Below are positions 57,076 to 64,000 of a stretch of DNA of 64,000 nucleotides, one piece after another. Under the pieces are notes generated by a model. The model had not been told where the DNA came from. It made no database searches and was given only the letters and a program-made list of their open reading frames with translations. Where the stretch lies: the IMG/VR virus record IMGVR_UViG_3300025769_000102, one strand, 5' to 3'. The DNA is from an uncultured virus (IMG/VR IMGVR_UViG_3300025769_000102) (taxonomy: Duplodnaviria > Heunggongvirae > Uroviricota > Caudoviricetes). The translations under genes were made by a program, and so were the position numbers. The first letter of the stretch is position 1. Each line of letters starts with the position of its first letter.

Positions 57076-57351
57076 TTACCATTTAACTTTATCCGCCCAG
57101 TAAGCAGCAGACATTTTACCTTTAGCTATATTCTTTCCGTGTCTAGCCTTAAAACTTTTTCTCTTAGCTTTCATCTTAGCAGACTCTCCAGCTTTTGGCT
57201 TTCCTGCCGTACTAGCACCCTGCTGACCAAACCTAATTATCTTTTCTTTTCCACCCTCACAAGCCTTTACAACGTGAGACTTCTTAGGGTGTCCAGATGT
57301 TCTCTTTGGCTTATTACAAGCCATATCTTTCTTACTTACCTTCTTTGCCAT
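57076..57351 (-). CDS. Small basic conserved phage protein
   Basis: KKSHVVKAC..GKEKIIRFGQQG...RKSFKARH...SAAYWA. Confidence 0.75.
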   Translation of the reverse strand: MAKKVSKKDMACNKPKRTSGHPKKSHVVKACEGGKEKIIRFGQQGASTAGKPKAGESAKMKAKRKSFKARHGKNIAKGKMSAAYWADKVKW

Positions 57352-57812
57352 TATATTACAATATAAACAGTTCTACCATTTTCCTTTACAGCTCTTAAAC
57401 ACCTGTTTCTATTTTTATCTTCTGATACATAAGAAACGTGCACCCAATCAGGATTCTCATCGTCACCAAATTCCCATATCATTTGGTCAAAGCTAAGGTT
57501 GTCCTTAATAAACTTATACATATCTGCGTTTGACATATGACCGTAAGAGTCATCTAAGTCAAAAGCTTCTCCTTTACAGTGCTGAGACGTACCACTTCCA
57601 CCTACTGCTTTATTTAGTTCCTTAGACCTAAAGAAGCTATTAATGCGTATAGGGCCATTTACAGCCTCTCTAAGAGGCTCAAATACATTTTTGGATATAG
57701 ACTTCATTCTCTTTAAATCAAACTTAGTAGGGGTGTTCTCTATGCCTAATCTTTTAGCAGTAGAACTTCTAACAGCCTCCTTGTATGATATGTGTTCACT
57801 AATCTTTTCCAT
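57351..57812 (-). CDS. Endolysin, peptidase M15 family
   Basis: INSFFRS.ELN.AVGG..TSQHCKGEAFD, FDQMIWEF, WVHVSY. Confidence 0.9.
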   Translation of the reverse strand: MEKISEHISYKEAVRSSTAKRLGIENTPTKFDLKRMKSISKNVFEPLREAVNGPIRINSFFRSKELNKAVGGSGTSQHCKGEAFDLDDSYGHMSNADMYKFIKDNLSFDQMIWEFGDDENPDWVHVSYVSEDKNRNRCLRAVKENGRTVYIVI

Positions 57813-57963
57813 CTTTGTATTTTTTAATAGCAGATAGCCACTTAAAAATAGTGTAACCTATTGTGACAACTAATAAAAGTATTTTAAGTATGACTTCTAT
57901 GTCTGACATAGTTATCATCATTACTAATGCATTAGCAACGTAGAGCTTTAAGTCTGCCGCCAT
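57799..57963 (-). CDS. Small holin candidate (54 aa, not in ORF track)
   Basis: MAADLKLYVANALVMMITMSDIEVILKILLLVVTIGYTIFKWLSAIKKYKDGKD, overlapping the endolysin start. Confidence 0.65.
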   Translation of the reverse strand: MAADLKLYVANALVMMITMSDIEVILKILLLVVTIGYTIFKWLSAIKKYKDGKD

Positions 57964-57966
57964 TAC

Positions 57967-58176
57967 TTAAAACTTGAATCCCTTTGCTTTTTCTGTAATA
58001 GGTCCTGGCTGGTATGCTGGCATATTTTTAGCTAGTAACTGAATACCCTTACATCCACTACTTGAGCCATACCCTCTTGGCATATTATCCATATTTAATG
58101 GACCATTCCAAATTGCGTCAAACCCTTGCTCTTCTGCGTAAGGTCTTTTTGTTTCTACCATCTTCTTGCTTTTCAT
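57967..58176 (-). CDS. Hypothetical protein
   Basis: ORF in late run; G.GSSSG..G. Confidence 0.6.
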   Translation of the reverse strand: MKSKKMVETKRPYAEEQGFDAIWNGPLNMDNMPRGYGSSSGCKGIQLLAKNMPAYQPGPITEKAKGFKF

Positions 58177-58186
58177 AGTTTTGTTT

Positions 58187-58438
58187 TTAGTAACCTCTAG
58201 CTACATCACTACCGTATGTGTAGTCAGCAACTGATTTGGTTGTTGGTGAAAAATTGTTAGCTGTTGGAACTACTGGTGGAATTACAGCAGGGTCTGTTGT
58301 TGGCATCATAGGATTGGTAGCCATAGGGCCTTGAACGGCAGGACCCATAGGATTCATACCTAACACCTGTAGCTCTTGTGGGGTTGCCCCTTCTAAATTA
58401 GATGCTGTAGCACCTAGTTGATTGAGTATATTTTTCAT
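58187..58438 (-). CDS. Hypothetical Pro-rich protein
   Basis: ORF in late run. Confidence 0.55.
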   Translation of the reverse strand: MKNILNQLGATASNLEGATPQELQVLGMNPMGPAVQGPMATNPMMPTTDPAVIPPVVPTANNFSPTTKSVADYTYGSDVARGY

Positions 58439-58439
58439 A

Positions 58440-59480
58440 TTACTTTTTGTATTTGTTTTTTCTTAACATTCCTTTATTAAATCCGTCTCCTGTCATTTGA
58501 AATCCAAAAAATTCTCTAGGAGTTGGTATCTTATCAAAAGAAAAATTAGGAAAATCTTCACGAATCCAATCTCCAGTTGCTTTCTTAACTTTTTGAACCG
58601 TTCTATCCAAATAAGAAGAAGGGTTAAAATCGTATTGGTCTTTAGTTTTACCTTTAACTTTAGTAGCTTGATTTGCATTTGGACTAAACAGTTGAATCTT
58701 CTTAGCTAATGTTGGGTCTATTATAACTTGAGAATTATTTTTAACTACATTTTCTGGCTTTTGTGCTCCTTTTTTTATAGCTTTATCTCTATCTGGATTA
58801 AATTTAACAAAAGTGTCTTGGAAAAAATCTCCTGTTTTTATACCTGAATCTATTTTTGGTAAATCTGCTCCTTTAAACCCTTTTGTAAGACCTTCACCAT
58901 CAAAATTGCTAGAGCCTTTCTTTTGAAATTCTTTATGTTCTTTTTTAGCAGCTCTTTTTACTTTTTGTTTTTTGCTTGAAGCTTTTGATGATGCTGAAAT
59001 ATTTTGTATTGTTCCGATTAATAAAGAATTAAAATCTGTTCCTGCTAGTTCAGCTTTTTTAAAGCTTGTATCAACATCTTTTGCAGCTTCTTTTCCTACT
59101 GCTCTTGCTTCCTTTCTTTGAGACTTTTTATATCCTCTTTCTCCTCCCTCATTAATATAAGTACCTATTGATTTGGCTTGTTTTTTATAAGCTTTATCAC
59201 TTTGTTTTTTATCGGAATTTTCTTTTGGAGAGCTAGTAGGTAATAAATTAGAAGTTGTTGTAATTTTTCCATTAAAACTTGTTGGAATAATTTTACTTCC
59301 AAACTCACCTTTACGGTCTCCAAATCCAGAAACCCCAACTGTTGGTGTTTGTTTATTAGTAGTACTTACTTTATTTTTTTTTGGATTAGAGTCAGTATAC
59401 TTATTAAGCTCTTGTTTTAATTTGTAATTAACATCTAAACCAGAAGCTTGGTTTATCATTGATTTTGTTTTATAACCCAT
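58440..59480 (-). CDS. Lys-rich low-complexity late protein with MGYKTKSM N-terminus
   Basis: 346-aa ORF. Confidence 0.65.
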   Translation of the reverse strand: MGYKTKSMINQASGLDVNYKLKQELNKYTDSNPKKNKVSTTNKQTPTVGVSGFGDRKGEFGSKIIPTSFNGKITTTSNLLPTSSPKENSDKKQSDKAYKKQAKSIGTYINEGGERGYKKSQRKEARAVGKEAAKDVDTSFKKAELAGTDFNSLLIGTIQNISASSKASSKKQKVKRAAKKEHKEFQKKGSSNFDGEGLTKGFKGADLPKIDSGIKTGDFFQDTFVKFNPDRDKAIKKGAQKPENVVKNNSQVIIDPTLAKKIQLFSPNANQATKVKGKTKDQYDFNPSSYLDRTVQKVKKATGDWIREDFPNFSFDKIPTPREFFGFQMTGDGFNKGMLRKNKYKK

Positions 59481-59934
59481 TGTTTATTGTTTTATCTTTA
59501 TTAACGTCTTTTATTGATTTTATAAGAACTTTATCTGTGTAGGTCGCCCCTTTCATTATACTATTACGTCTTGTACTTGTTGGTATGTCTTCCTCTCCAA
59601 CCATTATCTTGTAGATTCTATTGATGAGGTTCTTACCCTTGAATGATACCTTGTAGATATTCTTCTTAGTGTTAACTCTATCTCTCTTTGAGAATACTGT
59701 CAACCAACCACCATCCATAAGCCTAGACCACCTTGCACTATCCCAACTGTGTGAGTACTGACCATCTATAAAGTCTAACCTATTAAATAGACCAACGCAA
59801 TCTAAGTATATTAGTATCTCTAAGTCTGTTGTACTAATATCGTTATTCTTCGCTGCCCACTTTCTAATAACTCTGTAGTGCTTAAGTATGCTTAAGTCTC
59901 TTAAGTCGGAGTACTCTAACTTTCCACCTCTCAT
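59470..59934 (-). CDS. Winged-helix (MarR-like) protein
   Basis: IS..DLEILIYL...RL..GGW...YKVSFKGKNL. Confidence 0.55.
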   Translation of the reverse strand: MRGGKLEYSDLRDLSILKHYRVIRKWAAKNNDISTTDLEILIYLDCVGLFNRLDFIDGQYSHSWDSARWSRLMDGGWLTVFSKRDRVNTKKNIYKVSFKGKNLINRIYKIMVGEEDIPTSTRRNSIMKGATYTDKVLIKSIKDVNKDKTINNGL

Positions 59935-60194
59935 TATAAAACAACTACTACGTCAAACTCCTTGATTACTTTGTAAATTACCTTGTCAATCTCCATATCA
60001 AACCCTGCGTGTCTGTCGTAATAAATGGTATCCCCATCTTGCACTCCTTCAACTAATGTTCCTATGGTTTTTACTTTAGCCTCTCTGTATCTTATATCTT
60101 CTCTGTGACTCTCTCCTAAAATTAAACCACCTTTTGTAGATACTTCGTTTTCCTTTACAGGCTCTATCAACATATACTTTCCTACTGCCTTCAT
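59934..60194 (-). CDS. groES: Co-chaperonin GroES
   Basis: MKAVGK..LIEP...TKGGLIL...V..GD.IYY...G; adjacent to groEL. Confidence 0.9.
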   Translation of the reverse strand: MKAVGKYMLIEPVKENEVSTKGGLILGESHREDIRYREAKVKTIGTLVEGVQDGDTIYYDRHAGFDMEIDKVIYKVIKEFDVVVVL

Positions 60195-61732
60195 TATGCT
60201 CTTAAGTTATTAATTACACAATCAGTTGCAAGTATCGTATTAGCTACAGATGCCGCATTTTTTAATGCACTCTTTGTAACAAGTAGTGGGTCAATAATTC
60301 CTGCCTTAATCATATTGACTATTTCTCCCGTAACTACATTGTACCCACGTCCTTTTTTAGTAGGGCATTCAAACTTAGTGATACCAGCATTGGACATTAT
60401 AACTTCAAATGGAGCTTGAATAGCCTTTAGAAGTATTTCTTCTCCTATGTTAGATGGGGTTACCTTATCACTAGCGTTAAGTAATGCAATTCCACCACCT
60501 GGAAGTATACCTTCCTTAATAGCAGCTTTAGTAGCACAAATAGAATCCTCTACTCTGTCAGCTTTTTCTTTTAACTCAACTTCTGAGTTTGCCCCAACTT
60601 TAATTACACCAACCTTACCAGCTAGTCTTGACAACCTTTTTTCAAGCAAGTGTTTCTTACCATTAATCTTTGTTGTCTTAAGTTCTTTTTTAATCTGCTT
60701 GATTAGAGCCTTTGTGTCGTCATTAATCTCCTCTACTTGGATGATAGTATCATCTTGTGTAGTAATGGCCTTTAAGCAGGTTCCTAGGTGGCTTACGTCA
60801 ATTAAATCCATATCGTCACCTAAGTCCTCATTTATTACAGTTGCTCCAGTCAATGCAGCAAAGTCTTGTAATGTTTGCTTTTTATTAATACCGTAGTCAG
60901 GTGCGTCAATGATATTAGCTTTAATGTTACCCTTAGATACGTTCATTGAAATCGCTGTAACTAGCTGTTCATCGGCATCTCCGATAATTAGTAGTTCCTT
61001 GTTATTCTTAATAACGTACTCAAGAATACTTTGTACCTTTCTTACGTTAGGTATCTTGCTTTCTACAATTAATACAAGTGGGTTATTTAACTCACAAGTA
61101 CCTTTCTCTTTGTTATTAATAAAGTGGTGATTCTTTAATCCTTTATCAATTGAAGCCCCATCAACTATCTCTGCCGATGTTTCCTCGTCATTAGATATTT
61201 CCATACTAACAACACCATTCTCTCCTACATCCTCAAAAGCCTTAGCTATAATTTTACCTAAGCTAGAGTCGTTGTTAGAAGATATTGTAGCAACCTGCTT
61301 TAGCATATCGCCACTAACTTCAACTGATTCGCCCTCTAAGTACTTAACGACCTTTTCAACTGCTGAGTTAATACCATCTCTGATTTCTCTTGAGTTGTAG
61401 TTGTCTGTTGCAAATGCCTCTTTTAATATAGAGTGTGCTAGTACTGTAGCAGTAGTTGTTCCATCCCCTGCTTCTTTAACAGTTTGTCTAGCTGCTTCCT
61501 TTAAAAGCGTTGCACCCATATTTTCAACAGGGTCTAGAAGTATAACTGAATTTGCTACAGTTACCCCATCCTTTGTGATTAGTGGTTTGCCAGATGAGTC
61601 CTCAAGCATTACACACTTACCGCTAGCTCCTAATGTGGAACTAACGGCTCGTGTTAATTTTGATACACCTTCAAACACTTTATTTTTACCTTCGTCTCCG
61701 AAGTTTAAGTTCTTAACGATTTCGTTAGACAT
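60194..61732 (-). CDS. groEL: Chaperonin GroEL (phage type, no GGM tail)
   Basis: ITKDGVTVA, AGDGTTTATVLA, IKVGA.SEVELKEK.DRVED, EGILPGGG, GIIDP. Confidence 0.95.
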   Translation of the reverse strand: MSNEIVKNLNFGDEGKNKVFEGVSKLTRAVSSTLGASGKCVMLEDSSGKPLITKDGVTVANSVILLDPVENMGATLLKEAARQTVKEAGDGTTTATVLAHSILKEAFATDNYNSREIRDGINSAVEKVVKYLEGESVEVSGDMLKQVATISSNNDSSLGKIIAKAFEDVGENGVVSMEISNDEETSAEIVDGASIDKGLKNHHFINNKEKGTCELNNPLVLIVESKIPNVRKVQSILEYVIKNNKELLIIGDADEQLVTAISMNVSKGNIKANIIDAPDYGINKKQTLQDFAALTGATVINEDLGDDMDLIDVSHLGTCLKAITTQDDTIIQVEEINDDTKALIKQIKKELKTTKINGKKHLLEKRLSRLAGKVGVIKVGANSEVELKEKADRVEDSICATKAAIKEGILPGGGIALLNASDKVTPSNIGEEILLKAIQAPFEVIMSNAGITKFECPTKKGRGYNVVTGEIVNMIKAGIIDPLLVTKSALKNAASVANTILATDCVINNLRA

Positions 61733-61792
61733 AATTATATTGAATTAAATTAAATTAGATTGTTACTCCTTTAACCTAGAGTTTAGGTTTTA

Positions 61793-62041
61793 CTATGCTC
61801 CTGTGAATGTAACTAGTGTACCTGGAGTTCCACTTACAGTACATACTTTTATCGTACCATCAAAAAAGTACATATCGCCAGCAATGTTTGATTCAGGTTC
61901 TTCTGTTACAATTTTGATAAACCCTGCGATGTCATTGATTTTTACACCTTGGTTGTTTGTTCTTGTGTTTTTTGGTTGTAAGTCTGTTCCACTATCGAAA
62001 CCACTAAATACCGTGTCTAAGTTAATTACTTCGTTTGCCAT
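61793..62041 (-). CDS. Hypothetical (virion decoration-like) protein
   Basis: ORF in late run; P....AGDMYF. Confidence 0.55.
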   Translation of the reverse strand: MANEVINLDTVFSGFDSGTDLQPKNTRTNNQGVKINDIAGFIKIVTEEPESNIAGDMYFFDGTIKVCTVSGTPGTLVTFTGA

Positions 62042-62086
62042 TTTTTTTATTTGTTATTTTTGTTACTATTATTATTACTTGTTTTT

Positions 62087-62347
62087 TTACTTTTTTACTC
62101 TATTCTTTGCAACGTGCAGCATTCTTTCTTCTAATTTAGATACCCTTATCGTTAACTCAAGTATAGTTTGATTAGCTTCTTTCAGCTCATCCTCTAGTTC
62201 TTCTATTCTTTTTTGCTTGTAGCTATTATGGCTTGAGGACACAGAATGGTTAATATCCATCTTCTTTTTTATGATGTTCCAAACCTCTTTAATCCCAAAC
62301 GCACCAGCTAAACCACTTACTATTAATATAAGGCTCTCGCTATCCAT
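62087..62347 (-). CDS. Membrane-anchored coiled-coil protein, paralog of 676..990
   Basis: N-terminal hydrophobic helix, coiled coil, KLEERMLHVAKNRV. Confidence 0.6.
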   Translation of the reverse strand: MDSESLILIVSGLAGAFGIKEVWNIIKKKMDINHSVSSSHNSYKQKRIEELEDELKEANQTILELTIRVSKLEERMLHVAKNRVKK

Positions 62348-62411
62348 ATGCTTTTGTTTTTATTGTTTATGTCATAGAGTAGATTTAATTAGATAAAGTT
62401 GCTTTGTTGTT

Positions 62412-62609
62412 TTATAGTTCTTCGTTGACTATTGGCATAGCTTCCACCTCTTCCATTTCTGAAAGGTAATTACTATTTTTAATAATATACCAAAATCCAT
62501 CTGCTTCGTAAGGCTCTGCCCATTGAGTAGTTGTTCCGATATAATTCTGTCCTGCTGTTACAAATGCGTTGTAAGCATCGCACTCTGTTTTTGTTCCTTT
62601 ATAATACAT
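62412..62609 (-). CDS. Small tail-fibre-associated protein, near-identical copy of 996..1193
   Basis: 60/65 aa identical by manual comparison. Confidence 0.75.
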   Translation of the reverse strand: MYYKGTKTECDAYNAFVTAGQNYIGTTTQWAEPYEADGFWYIIKNSNYLSEMEEVEAMPIVNEEL

Positions 62610-63508
62610 TATGGATAAATTGTGTAATGGTTATTTATGTTAGTTTCAATTTCTACTCTGTTAGCTGTTTGGTCGGATGGGTAAAGAATTATTTCTGAAA
62701 CCTGCCCAACTAAACTCCAAACATTTGCATATCTTGCAAAAACATTTATTTTTGAAGTTCCTGTTTGAGGAATAAATCCTGTAACTCCTCCACCTGAAAC
62801 CCCATTGAGAAAAACCTCTGAGTTTGTGCTATTCAATAATGACGTAAAAACTACATCGCTATTCGCTGTGTAAGGTGCAGTTGCATTAGATGCAGGGTCA
62901 TTATTTCTTGACAAAGCAATTCCAGTATTAAACGCAATAGGAAAAAATAAATTTGTACCCCCATCTACATAACTTACTCCTGCTTGTAGGCCTGACGCAC
63001 TTGAGTTTAAAACAGAAAAAGATGACCTTTCCCCTAAATCTCCAACCACAGGAACGCTATTGCTATCTGTATACATCGCTTTACCAACAGAACCCAATAT
63101 TGTAGGCTTTCCATTCAATGTAACTACTGAACCTAAATCAACAATTTGTGGCTGTTGGGCAGCAAATGGTTGTAATGCGTCATATCCACCACCACTTTGG
63201 TCATACCACTTGCTTACAAATCCATCTCCTGCGCCTACAAATGCAAGCAAAGAAGCAGTGTCTAATTCATTACCTACAAAACCAATGTCTTGCTCTGTAT
63301 TGTCTGAACTTCGTCTTACCTTAATCGCTGAACCCGTATAAGCAGTTCTTAGCTTTCTCAAAGAATAAGCAGCCGCAGCGTTTGGATATAAGTCTAATAA
63401 TAAAGCACCACCTGCTTTTTCCCATACTAAGTTGCCACCAAGATAAACCTTGTTCACATCAGTTGCTCCAATCTTTACTGCACTTACATCGTTTGCTCCT
63501 AACTTCAT
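62609..63508 (-). CDS. Tail fibre / receptor-binding protein with one ConA/LamG-like module
   Basis: LLLDLYPNAAAAYSLRKL...KWYDQSG...ILYPSDQ..NR..IETNIN.HYTIY shared with 1196..3160. Confidence 0.75.
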   Translation of the reverse strand: MKLGANDVSAVKIGATDVNKVYLGGNLVWEKAGGALLLDLYPNAAAAYSLRKLRTAYTGSAIKVRRSSDNTEQDIGFVGNELDTASLLAFVGAGDGFVSKWYDQSGGGYDALQPFAAQQPQIVDLGSVVTLNGKPTILGSVGKAMYTDSNSVPVVGDLGERSSFSVLNSSASGLQAGVSYVDGGTNLFFPIAFNTGIALSRNNDPASNATAPYTANSDVVFTSLLNSTNSEVFLNGVSGGGVTGFIPQTGTSKINVFARYANVWSLVGQVSEIILYPSDQTANRVEIETNINNHYTIYP

Positions 63509-63509
63509 A

Positions 63510-64000
63510 TTATATTATAAAATAAATTGTTGTTGCATCAGGTGTATCAATTGCATCATACTCAGCCTGCGTTACTGTTGTCAATGCATTTGTTGTATAT
63601 GTTGTTCCTATGTTCTTTTCAATCCTGTTACTAATTGCCGTAACATTCGTTGCAATATTACTTGTATTTGTAGCAATGTTGGAAGTGTTTGTTGAGATAT
63701 TACTTGCATTTGTAGAAACTCCGCTTGTGTTAGTTCCAATATTTGTTACATTGGTAGAAATCGCAATAACATTCGTTTCAATATTACTTGCATTTGTAGC
63801 TATATCTGAAGTAACTGTTGCAACAGGAATTGAATTAATCGTTCCAACTGTGGTTGCTCCTGTATTATCAATGGTTACATCTCCACTCATTGCAACAGAA
63901 ACCGATTGATTAGATGCATTTCCTAAAAACATCTTTGCAGAATCTAAGTTAGGTGTTGCGTTTGCTCTACCTGCTCCTCCTACTTTTATAATTCCTGCAC
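63510..64000 (-). CDS. Tail fibre protein, 3' part (open to window edge), with trimeric coiled-coil heptads
   Basis: AGIIKVGGAGRANATPNL...SGDVTIDNTG matches AGSIQIIATGRSNDVPNI...SGEVSLSNTG of 3171..4403; IxxNxxx heptads. Confidence 0.75.
   Translation of the reverse strand, partial: AGIIKVGGAGRANATPNLDSAKMFLGNASNQSVSVAMSGDVTIDNTGATTVGTINSIPVATVTSDIATNASNIETNVIAISTNVTNIGTNTSGVSTNASNISTNTSNIATNTSNIATNVTAISNRIEKNIGTTYTTNALTTVTQAEYDAIDTPDATTIYFII

Noticed and set aside
62412..64000. Terminal redundancy or circular overlap with the window start
   Set aside because: The copies are similar but not identical and flanking genes diverge, so they are paralogs, not an assembly overlap
1..64000. Stop-codon reassignment, introns/inteins and tRNA genes as seen in some Bacteroidota phages
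   Set aside because: Core genes (terL, portal, capsid, nrdJ, groEL) are uninterrupted in the standard code and no cloverleaf was recognised by eye; tRNAscan-SE would be needed to exclude tRNAs

Overview
The whole window reads as part of an AT-rich, lytic-looking tailed (podovirus-type) phage of a Bacteroidota/Flavobacteriia host. The host inference rests on TAnnTTTG promoters, A-rich leaders without Shine-Dalgarno sites and a DUF3127-type SSB. The + strand (6.5-24.8 kb) carries early and replication genes: amidoligase, GATase-GGCT fusion, DnaA-domain-IV protein, sigma-70 factor, ERF/RecE/SSB, initiator, helicase, phosphoesterase, endonuclease I and class II RNR. The - strand carries late genes: GroEL/GroES, lysis genes, terminase, portal, capsid, tail proteins, ejection proteins including a 3130-aa polyvalent protein, and two paralogous tail-fibre/lysis modules. 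The most interesting unexplained structure: (1) effector domains of the giant virion protein are bracketed by in-frame ~23-bp direct repeats; (2) a two-hairpin kissing-loop terminator leader sits before the replication genes; (3) four copies of a 16-bp palindrome occur in the early region; (4) an attC/integron-cassette-like gene; (5) repeat-flanked early gene cassettes; (6) a shared N-terminal peptide tag on small late proteins. All family calls are from motif recognition by eye; no searches were run.
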